Part shown: positions 39,422-47,859 of the stretch, piece after piece | Position numbering within the stretch: position 1 is the stretch's first letter | Layout: the number at the start of each line of letters is the position of its first letter | Assembly (NCBI GenBank): GCA_040954595.2 | Contig: JBECUI020000025.1 | Span: 372,001 to 436,000, forward strand | DNA length: 64,000 bases | Reading direction: 5' to 3' | Origin: Balanoglossus misakiensis | Taxonomy: Eukaryota > Animalia > Hemichordata | Made by a program: the position numbers and the translations under genes | The notes under the pieces: model-generated | The model's input: only the letters and a program-made list of their open reading frames with translations | Told to the model about the DNA's origin: nothing | The model's database searches: none

Positions 39422-40827
39422 ACCATAGTACCTGCTTTCTTTAGTTTACTTACTCGATCTATAACTTCTTGTTGTGCCTGCGCACCTTCTCCACTGGGGC
39501 CTGTCTGCGGTGCTGAAGATTCCGGAGGTCCTGCCTCACTTGCACGAGGAGCTACCAGTGATACAAGCACCAGGTTCGGCTGTGTAATGAGTAATGTTCG
39601 CATGGGATCAATAATTGGATCAATAGAATAGAGTACGATCAGTATCGCCTCACTCGGCAAACCAAGCAGATCAACTAACAAAATAGAGATCATCCCGAGG
39701 GTTGCAAACCCAGTTGACCCAGCGGTTGCCGTTCCGGCAACTACTGCACCAAAAACAATAAGAAGAATCTGTGACAGGGTAAAGGTTATTTCGTAGATCT
39801 GTCCGACATAGACAGCACAAAGTGCGAAGTAAAGAATATTTCCAAATCGACAAAGGGTAATGCTCAGCGGCACAATAAGACTGGTAACAACTCGTTCACA
39901 TCCAAGCTGATCTCGCAAAGCCTCAATTCCTAATGGAATAGTAGCAATGCTGTTTCTCGTTGAGAAGGAAACAATAAGTGGCTGTACCAATGCTTTAACA
40001 ACATAAAAAATATTGCGTTTCGTCCGAATGCTGATGACTATAAAAGATACCACCACAAAGAACACACCAATACCGTAAAATGTCAATAATAACTGCAATG
40101 ATGCAACAAGACTCAGTACTCCCGTATCTTTTACCTGTTTAGCAACTAATACGAATAGACCTATGGGTAATGGATACATTGCCCAGTCAACAATACGTTG
40201 AAAGGCAACAAAGGTGCTGGACATAAAGGATATGAGCAAATCGCCTTGTTGCCGTTGTACAAGAGCAATAGCAACTCCAAAAAGGATACAGAAAAAGACC
40301 AATTCAAGAGTACGCCCCAATGCTAGCGATTCAAAAACATTAGATGGAATAAGCAGATTAAGAAAGCGATAGACCCAACCACTGGAATTGCCAAGGGTAT
40401 TACCCCCTGTCGTCTGAATACCGTCCGCCGTGTCCATGGAACTATTTAATGCAATGCCTAAATCGGTTTCATACGGAGATAACTCAATAATTTGTCCAAT
40501 CGCATCCTGTTGTGTTTCGTTCAAAACACCCGGAGATGTAAGTAATCCAACACCTACTGCTGAAAAACTCGCAATAAACATTATACAAGTAGAATATGTT
40601 ACATAACGTAAAAAGACATTCCCAACATTTGGAGAACGAAACAGTCGGGCAATACTAGATATAATTGCTGAAACTAAAATGGGTATGACACTCATTTCCA
40701 ACAAATTGATGTACAAATCCCCAATAGGGGCAATGAGGTTTACAGTTTCTTTACTTGCAAATAAACCAAACAGTACTCCGCCAACTGCAGATAGAAAAAT
40801 AATCCATGTATTTTTTAATATCTTCAT
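39418..40827 (-). CDS. Dicarboxylate/amino acid:cation symporter (DAACS) family protein with atypical motifs
   Basis: GDLYINLLEMSVIPIL, LIPSNVF, FSTRNSIATIP (HP1), IDPIIDPMRT (TM8). Confidence 0.9.
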   Translation of the reverse strand: MKILKNTWIIFLSAVGGVLFGLFASKETVNLIAPIGDLYINLLEMSVIPILVSAIISSIARLFRSPNVGNVFLRYVTYSTCIMFIASFSAVGVGLLTSPGVLNETQQDAIGQIIELSPYETDLGIALNSSMDTADGIQTTGGNTLGNSSGWVYRFLNLLIPSNVFESLALGRTLELVFFCILFGVAIALVQRQQGDLLISFMSSTFVAFQRIVDWAMYPLPIGLFVLVAKQVKDTGVLSLVASLQLLLTFYGIGVFFVVVSFIVISIRTKRNIFYVVKALVQPLIVSFSTRNSIATIPLGIEALRDQLGCERVVTSLIVPLSITLCRFGNILYFALCAVYVGQIYEITFTLSQILLIVFGAVVAGTATAGSTGFATLGMISILLVDLLGLPSEAILIVLYSIDPIIDPMRTLLITQPNLVLVSLVAPRASEAGPPESSAPQTGPSGEGAQAQQEVIDRVSKLKKAGTMV

Positions 40828-40893
40828 TCCTAACGTCTTCTATGTCGGCATAATAAAGCCGGCTCATTACCCCTTGTGCAAATAAATCGTTCC

Positions 40894-40910
40894 CAAACTT
40901 GCAAAGTTTG
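40894..40910. promoter_or_regulatory. Perfect inverted repeat at the predicted start of the DAACS operon transcript (candidate operator or 5' hairpin)
   Basis: CAAACTT-GCA-AAGTTTG. Confidence 0.45.
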
Positions 40911-40919
40911 CACTTTTAC

Positions 40920-40949
40920 AGTATACAATAATGTATAGAACATATACAA
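40920..40949 (-). promoter_or_regulatory. Sigma70-type promoter for the DAACS operon
   Basis: TTGTAT-N18-TATACT on the minus strand. Confidence 0.45.
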
Positions 40950-40953
40950 GAAC

Positions 40954-41072
40954 AAAAAAAGGGGGGACGAGGGTCGTTTCAAATAAATGAAACGACCCAA
41001 GTACAAGGAGGAATAAAGCATTGTGATCACATGCAGATTGTAGAAGGCAATCGAATTTCATCGACTGTCCTT
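40954..41072 (-). ncRNA. Candidate ~120-nt structured small RNA or leader RNA
   Basis: Preceded by TTGACA-N17-TATTGT; 5' hairpin, unpaired CCUCCUU, perfect 11-bp hairpin, then C6-U7. Confidence 0.45.
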
Positions 41073-41078
41073 TAAGTA

Positions 41079-41107
41079 ACAATACTCTTTTATTTCTAAT
41101 ATGTCAA
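41079..41107 (-). promoter_or_regulatory. Sigma70-type promoter driving the candidate sRNA
   Basis: TTGACA (41107-41102)-N17-TATTGT (41084-41079), with an A-rich region upstream. Confidence 0.6.
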
Positions 41108-41152
41108 ATGTTTTTACTGAAATATGTACTTATTTTTATCTTTTTTTATTTT

Positions 41153-41172
41153 TACTTAACATTTGTTAAGTA
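41153..41172. promoter_or_regulatory. Palindrome upstream of murD (candidate operator)
   Basis: TACTTAACA-TT-TGTTAAGTA, a perfect 9-bp inverted repeat. Confidence 0.35.
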
Positions 41173-41193
41173 GTTTTGCCCTGGATGAGGAAT

Positions 41194-42606
41194 ATGGAGC
41201 AAAAATTCGACTTTTCTAACATGTCTGGCATGAACATTACCATTATGGGACTCGGTCTTCATAGTGGAGGGCTTGCATCCGCCATGTTTTGCCTGAAACA
41301 GGGTGCAAACGTTACCGTAACCGATTTGCGAAATGAAACAATTCTTGCACCGAGCATTCAAAAACTTTCTCCTTACCAAGTCCAATACGTACTAGGAGAG
41401 CATAGGGAAGCCGACTTTACTAATGCTGACATGGTCATAAAAGGCCCCGGAGTAGCCCGAAATTCCCCCTACCTTGAATATGCGCAGCACATAGAAACCG
41501 ATCTCTCACTTTTTCTTCGTAGCAATACAAACAGGATGGTGGCCATTACCGGAACGAAAGGGAAATCCGTCGCAGCATCCCTCATAGACTATGTTTTGTC
41601 CGCTTCCGGCAAAACAAGTTGGCTTTTGGGAAATATAAGCGCCTCCCCTCTCGATGTTCAAGACAAGATCAAACCCGATGATTGGCTTGTTATGGAACTC
41701 TCCTCATTCCAGCTTGGAGACCTGGCTTGGCTGCAACGGAACAACAAGTCTGCCCCCTTTCGCTTCCAACCTGAAATAAGTTTGATAACAAACATGGGAG
41801 ATGACCACCAAAATTATTATCGTTCGTTTGATGCCTACCGCAGCGACAAACTCTTTCTTGTTGAATCTCAACTGCCGGGCAGCTGGGCGGTTATTCATGA
41901 AGGGCAGCTATGCCGCCCTTTCTTCGAGCATACGCAGGCAAATAAGGCTATATTCGGCATAGGGGATTCATCATTCCCGACACGGGCATGGTACAAAGAC
42001 TCTACGGTGCATATCAGAATTGCAGATGCACACGAACAACAGATCAAGCAGATCGACGAAAGACTCAGCACAGGCATTCGTATGAGTGGCAAGCATTACG
42101 AGAGCATTGCCGGAGTAGCTCTTCTGCTTGCTCTGCTGGAAGTGCCAAAAAACTATATATTTCAGAACATCGCAGAGTTTCCCGGCATTGCTCATCGTCT
42201 GGAATACCTGCGAACACTCAATGGTGTTTCCTACTACAATGATAGTGCTGCCACTATTCCGGAAGCAGTCCTTGCCGCGGTCGATGCCTTCCACGAACCA
42301 ATCCACCTCATAACAGGAGGAACCGATAAGAACACTGATATTCAACCATTTGCCGGACTTGTCGACAAGGTGGCTAGTGTTACCCTGCTGAAAGGAAATA
42401 TGAGTATCCGCTTGCAAGAGTTCCTTGCGGATAAAGGAATAGAAATACAGGGAATCGATGATATGCACTCTGCTGTCATGAGAGCTAAAAAACTGGCAGC
42501 TCCCGGCGAGATAGTCCTACTTTCCCCCGGTGCCGCATCCTTTGAACTCTTTGTCCATGCCTACGAACGCGGAAATTCTTTTAAGAAGATCGTTATGAAC
42601 CTATGA
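41194..42606 (+). CDS. murD: UDP-N-acetylmuramoyl-L-alanine--D-glutamate ligase
   Basis: MGLGLHSGG, ITGTKGKS, ELSSFQL, HRLE, YNDSAAT, LLSPGAASF. Confidence 0.95.
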   Translation: MEQKFDFSNMSGMNITIMGLGLHSGGLASAMFCLKQGANVTVTDLRNETILAPSIQKLSPYQVQYVLGEHREADFTNADMVIKGPGVARNSPYLEYAQHIETDLSLFLRSNTNRMVAITGTKGKSVAASLIDYVLSASGKTSWLLGNISASPLDVQDKIKPDDWLVMELSSFQLGDLAWLQRNNKSAPFRFQPEISLITNMGDDHQNYYRSFDAYRSDKLFLVESQLPGSWAVIHEGQLCRPFFEHTQANKAIFGIGDSSFPTRAWYKDSTVHIRIADAHEQQIKQIDERLSTGIRMSGKHYESIAGVALLLALLEVPKNYIFQNIAEFPGIAHRLEYLRTLNGVSYYNDSAATIPEAVLAAVDAFHEPIHLITGGTDKNTDIQPFAGLVDKVASVTLLKGNMSIRLQEFLADKGIEIQGIDDMHSAVMRAKKLAAPGEIVLLSPGAASFELFVHAYERGNSFKKIVMNL

Positions 42607-43641
42607 TCTTAGCCGTCTCATAGTCCGTTTGAGAGGCTTCGTCATTGCTTGGAGACCTTCCAGTGTTATGGCAGGGTGATACCAAAGCTTTCGTAACGCA
42701 ATATCCCAACAGCCAAGTCGATGGAGCATTCTCCCGCCAAAGCCGCACTTAAACCGGTAGAGACCATGCAAAGCATGCCCTGGATCGGCAGATGGGGCAA
42801 TGCCGAATAAATCATACACCTTCGCACCGGCTTTTCGTGCATTACAAATTGCCTTCCATTGTAATAGATGTGGTGCCATGAGATTCCGCTTTATTCCAGA
42901 TGATGCCCCGTAGAGATAGGTGGCAACAGAGGCATACTGTAAGACAATAATTCCGGCAAGAATGTCATCTTCATGACTCGCCATGTATAATCGAATGCTT
43001 CCCCCACTATCAGACTGCTGCCATTGCTGAAAGATCGTTTGATAATAAGAAAGCCTATGAATGCCCATGCCCTGTCTCCTCTGAGTGCTGAGATACATGG
43101 CATACCAGGACTCAATGTCAGTCGTTTCATATATCTCTACCCCTTTTTTATCCGCTAAACGGATATTGTACCGAGTCTTCTTGCTACATGCCGCCAGGAG
43201 ATCCTCCTCTTTTGCGCTGAGGTCTAAATGGATGGTATCAGGTACCTGCACGGAAACAGGTGCGGGAACAAACCCTGCCTTCCGTAAACTGGGAGGTGGA
43301 CAATGTTCTCTTTCAAAAGGGATATCCCAACGCAGAAGGATTGCAGCAGGAAATGATTTGCGCCCAATCTCATACAGGGTATCCCGAAATGCGCGTAAAA
43401 CCGATGGCTTACATAGTTCGGCATTGTTATCGTACAAGGCATAGGGGGCGTAGATCATGCTGAACCCCCGAATAAGAGAGCGTTCAAGTAAAATAAACAT
43501 GAACTCCTTGCCTTCATGCTCAACCGCAAATGCTTTCACGGTCCAGCCCATCTGCTCTCTTATTGCACCCCATAACGGACTCTGAAGAAAATGATTAGCA
43601 TGTACCTGACTTCGACTGATTGACCGCCAGCAAAGCATCAT
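42601..43641 (-). CDS. FemABX/MurM-family lipid II aminoacyltransferase
   Basis: HFLQSPLWG, KKTRYNIRLA, YLYGASS, LQWKAI, YDLFGI, GLYRFKCGFGG. Confidence 0.9.
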   Translation of the reverse strand: MMLCWRSISRSQVHANHFLQSPLWGAIREQMGWTVKAFAVEHEGKEFMFILLERSLIRGFSMIYAPYALYDNNAELCKPSVLRAFRDTLYEIGRKSFPAAILLRWDIPFEREHCPPPSLRKAGFVPAPVSVQVPDTIHLDLSAKEEDLLAACSKKTRYNIRLADKKGVEIYETTDIESWYAMYLSTQRRQGMGIHRLSYYQTIFQQWQQSDSGGSIRLYMASHEDDILAGIIVLQYASVATYLYGASSGIKRNLMAPHLLQWKAICNARKAGAKVYDLFGIAPSADPGHALHGLYRFKCGFGGRMLHRLGCWDIALRKLWYHPAITLEGLQAMTKPLKRTMRRLRS

Positions 43642-43643
43642 GC

Positions 43644-45780
43644 TTACTCGACGCCGCAGTCTTGTAATCGGCTAGCCACAATGGGTTTGTTGTTGCATAG
43701 AATGGGGGTTCCGTCTACTGTTAATTGCCCATCGCCGTTTAACCGAAGTGCGAAGGAACGAAATTCATTAATAGATAAGGTATTTGGAGAAGCGTCCTCC
43801 TGACCCTCAACCCTGAGAACCTCACCAGCCGGGAAGTCATCAAGAAAAAGCACTTCAAGATCATCGTGCTTATGTGCTGCAAGGAGCATGCCGTTGCTCT
43901 GTATGCCACGTAGTTTTGCCGGTTGTAGATTGCCAACAAGAATGATGGTATGACCAAGGAGCTCTTCTGGGGTGTAGTAGCCTACCAGTCCGGAAACGAT
44001 GGTCCGCTCTTCGCCGATGTCCAAGGTTAAAACATAGAGTTTGTCTGCATTGGGATGTGGCTCTGCTGATACAATGACTGCGGTCAAGAGTGATACCTTC
44101 CGATTAAACTCGGCTGGTATGTCTCGTTCGACAAGCGTCTGCTCGCCGGAAAACTGCGTAGATAAACGCCTTATCTGTTTGTCATCAAGATATGTAAAAA
44201 GTTTTTTCGGGCGATTGACAGTGTGTATACCGGAATACTTGCCTAACTGATCCCATGATAACTCAGAAAGGTTGAGAAATCCTGCTATCGTGGCGGCGGT
44301 ATCCGGTAAAAAGGGCTCAATTAAAATTGCAAGGTCGCGAACGAGATAAACTAACATGGAAATAAAATGATGTGCCTTCTTCAAATCGGTTTTAATGAGC
44401 ATCCATGGTTCACGATGCTGAAATAAGCGATTGATGTAGTGACACACGTCAAATATTTCGCGAAAGGCGGTGCGTAAAGAAGTATTTCTCCATGGCGTTT
44501 TCAATCGCCTGGTACCGTTTAAGAAGTTCTTGCTGAACATCTTCCTCCGGTTCGACAGTAGTTACCTGACCGTCAAAAGATCGAAGTGAAAAACTGAGTA
44601 CCCGATTGACGAGATTGGAAAAGTTTCCAATGAGCTCGGTATTGGTCATTTGCTGAAAATCTAACCATGAAAAATTGTAGTCCGCATTCTCCGGTCGATT
44701 GTACATAAGGTAAAAGCGCCAGATAGCAGCAGGAATACCGCTCTCTTTGGCATCATCTGCAAAAATACCGAGTCCCCTGCTCTTCGAGAAGACCTTGCCC
44801 TCGTAGTTCATGTACTCAGTCGAAGAAATGCTATGTAATTTAGTCCATGCATGAACACTGTTTTGCAGGATTGCAGGAAATAATACTGTGTGAAAAAAAA
44901 TGTTATCCTTGCCGACAAACTGAAATAACTCAACCTTATCCGGTGCTTGCCACCAATCCTTCCACTTATCCGTATAGGCGGCTGTTATGGAAATGTATCC
45001 AATGGGGGCATCGAACCATACATAAAAAACCTTGGAGGTATACCCCTCCTTCGGTACTGGGATTCCCCACTTTAGATCGCGCGTAATAGCACGTGGCTTC
45101 AATCCTTCCTTGAGCAAGGCCTGCGTTTGTTTCTGCGCATTCCGAGACCAATGTCCCCCCTCTATCGATGCGGTAACCCATGTTAACAGCTTGTCGGTTA
45201 TGGCAGGTAAATCAAAATATAAATGACTCGTCGACCGAAGCACCGGTTTGGACTTGTCCAATGCACTGCGGGCATCTATAAGTTCGGTTGGCTCAAGAAG
45301 TTTCCCACACTGTTCACATTGATCTCCGCGTGCTTGCTCATAAGCACAATAAGGACAGGTGCCCACAATGTATCGATCCGCAAGAAAGCGCTTCGCTGTT
45401 TCGGAATAGAACTGCTCGTTCTTTTTCTCAAATAAAAATCCCTGCTCGTCCAGTTCCCGAAATAACCCTTGGGTAATGTCGGTATGGATTGATTCGGAGG
45501 TGCGACCGAAATGAGTAAAGCCAATTTGAAACCAGCGATATAGATCGGCATGAATCGCATAGTACTTGTCGCATAACTCCTTTGGAGTAACATTATCAAG
45601 GTATGCCTTCGTTTCCGTCGCAGTTCCATACTCGTCAGTGCCACAAATATATAGCGTTTCGTACCCGCGCAACCGACAGTAACGGGCAAAAACATCGGCA
45701 GACAATACCTGTATCAGGTTTCCAAGGTGGGGAATATTATTAACATAGGGTAATGCTGATGTTATGAGTCGTCGTTTCAT
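43644..45780 (-). CDS. metG: Methionyl-tRNA synthetase with a C-terminal tRNA-binding domain; one frameshift at ~44486 (probable sequencing error)
   Basis: TSALPYVNNIPHLGN, Zn knuckle, YVWFDA, FSKS in ORF 44449-45780; anticodon domain and HPNADKL/Trbp111-type domain in ORF 43644-44540. Confidence 0.93.
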
Positions 45781-45843
45781 CTACGGATTATGATACCCTA
45801 TCGCCGTATCCGCAGTCAAGCAAAATAATGACCACTCCATGCC

Positions 45844-45872
45844 TTGACATAAAAGATAAAATGTGCTAGTTT
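45844..45872 (+). promoter_or_regulatory. Sigma70-type promoter for hflKC-murE-ddl
   Basis: TTGACA-N17-TAGTTT with extended TG; AAGGAG RBS before ATG 45898. Confidence 0.55.
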
Positions 45873-45897
45873 AATGCCTTCTTATAAGGAGATAAAC

Positions 45898-46873
45898 ATG
45901 GCAAATGTATCATTGCCTCCATTTCTGAGGCATAAAAAAGTTATTGCACTTATAGTAGTAGTCATCCTTGCAATTATTGTTGCTACTAGTAGTGTATTTG
46001 TTGTTGACCAGACCGAGGAAGGGGTCGTATTATTTTTGGAAAATATAATCGAACGGTTCCCCCTGGTCTTAATGTAAAAATACCGTTTGGTATAGAACAA
46101 AGTTACAACGTACCAACACAAATTGTTCAGAATATGAGTTTTGGATTTCGAACAGAACGACCGGGAATTACAACTGTTTTTCTAATGTTGACTACCCCGA
46201 AGAATCAATTATGCTTACCGGCGATTTGAATATCGTCGATGTAGAGTGGATTATTCAATACCGTATCGTTGACCCGAAAAGGTGGTTATTTAATGTCGAT
46301 AACAGAACAAAAACAATTCGCGATATATCACAATCAGTTGTCAATAGACTGGTCGGAGATAGAACTATTATTGGTGTACTTGGAGATGAACGTACTACGA
46401 TTGAGTTTGAAGCACAGGAGACTATGAATAGAATCCTGTCGGGATACAAACTCGGCATTCAGGTTACCGCTGTTCGATTGCAGAATATCGTGCCCCCAGT
46501 AGGACGAGTGCAAGATGCGTTTGAAGATGTAAACCGTGCTGTGCAGGATATGAACAGACTTATTAATGAAGGTAGGGAGGCATACAATAAAGAAATCCCA
46601 CGTGCTCGGGGAGAGGCGGATCAGATCCTACAAATCGCACTAGGATACGCAGCAGAACGCGTAAACAATGCTCGCGGAGATGCGAACCGATTCCTGACGG
46701 TATTAGAAGAATTTCGACGTGATCCAAATACGACACGTACCCGTCTGTATTACGAAATGATGGAAGATGTCTTTGGCAATGAAGCATCGGTCGAGTTGAT
46801 TGACAAAAACCTAAGCAATTTTATTCCATTTCTCAACCTTAATAATTCATCAACTGGAGGATTACCCGAATGA
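45898..46873 (+). CDS. hflK: FtsH modulator HflK; two single-T frameshifts (probable sequencing errors)
   Basis: Adding one T to each of the T5 runs at 46033-46037 and 46177-46181 joins EEGVVLFFGKYNRTVPPGLNVKIPFGIE...EESIMLTGDLNIVDVEW into a full HflK. Confidence 0.9.
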
Positions 46874-47859
46874 AAACATTTATAAAAATACTTATTGTTA
46901 TTGCCGTATTGGTCGCGTTGTTCCTTATAGCCGGTCCATTATACATTTTAGAAGAAGGAACACAGGCAGTCGTTATCCGTTTTGGACAAATTATTCATGA
47001 AGAACGCGATGCAGGATTAAAGTATAAGATGCCCTTCGTTGATAACGTTGTACGTTATTCCAAGAAAATACTCTCATGGGATGGCGACCCACGACGTGTT
47101 CCGACAGCAGAGAATCAGTTTATCTGGGTAGATGTCGCTGCACGATGGCTTGTTATTGACCCGACACTGTTTTACTCCTCCGTAACTACTATGGAACAGG
47201 CATATTCTCGCCTGGATGATATTATTGAGAGTGCCGTGCGTACGACTATTGCAGAAAACGAACTGAGCGAAGCAGTGCGAGACAGTAATATTATTAATGA
47301 AGATGACAAGAGTGAACTCATCTATACTCCTGAGGGAGAAGAATACCAGGGATTGGCGGAAATACAGCGTATGCTGGTTTCGGTAGATAAACAACAAAAA
47401 ATACACAAGGGAAGAAATGCCCTTGGAGAAGAAATGTTGCAGTCTGCCCGCAGACTTACCCCGGATTTCGGCATAGATTTAATTGATATTGTTATTCGCC
47501 AAATTCGATACTCAGATGACCTTACCGAGAGTGTGTATAACCGCATGATTTCCGAACGAAATCAAATTGCAGAAGCATACCGATCCTACGGTCAGGGAAG
47601 AAAACAACAACTGCTCGGACAACTCGACAACAATAAGCGCTCAATTCTATCAAAGGCATACGAGGAATCCGAAGGGATCCGCGGTGAGGCAGATGCTGAG
47701 GCTGCTGTAATTTATTCGAGTGCATACAGCACTAATGTAACATTCTTTGAATTCTGGCGTGCTTTAGAATCATATAAAAAAGTTTTGCCTAAGTTCAAAA
47801 AGACCCTTACAACCGAACCACGTTATTTTCAATTTCTATACGATGCAACAGGGCAATAG
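46870..47859 (+). CDS. hflC: FtsH modulator HflC
   Basis: QAVVIRFG, GLKYKMPF, VYNRMISER, FFEFWRALESY. Confidence 0.95.
   Translation: MKTFIKILIVIAVLVALFLIAGPLYILEEGTQAVVIRFGQIIHEERDAGLKYKMPFVDNVVRYSKKILSWDGDPRRVPTAENQFIWVDVAARWLVIDPTLFYSSVTTMEQAYSRLDDIIESAVRTTIAENELSEAVRDSNIINEDDKSELIYTPEGEEYQGLAEIQRMLVSVDKQQKIHKGRNALGEEMLQSARRLTPDFGIDLIDIVIRQIRYSDDLTESVYNRMISERNQIAEAYRSYGQGRKQQLLGQLDNNKRSILSKAYEESEGIRGEADAEAAVIYSSAYSTNVTFFEFWRALESYKKVLPKFKKTLTTEPRYFQFLYDATGQ

Noticed and set aside
40860-40915. GCAAAC...GGGAACG resemblance to a c-di-GMP-I riboswitch
   Set aside because: There is no proper P2 stem with a GNRA loop, no GCAAAG motif and no tetraloop receptor.
41022-41031. TGTGATCACA as a CRP site near the cyclase operon
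   Set aside because: CRP needs TGTGA-N6-TCACA and here the spacer is zero. It is better explained as part of the small hairpin in the candidate sRNA.
40830-41082. 66-aa and 71-aa ORFs in the intergenic region
   Set aside because: No RBS or recognisable protein features; they run across predicted promoters and RNA hairpins.
43644-46873. metG and hflK as true pseudogenes or split genes
   Set aside because: Single homopolymer indels restore full-length proteins and metG is essential.
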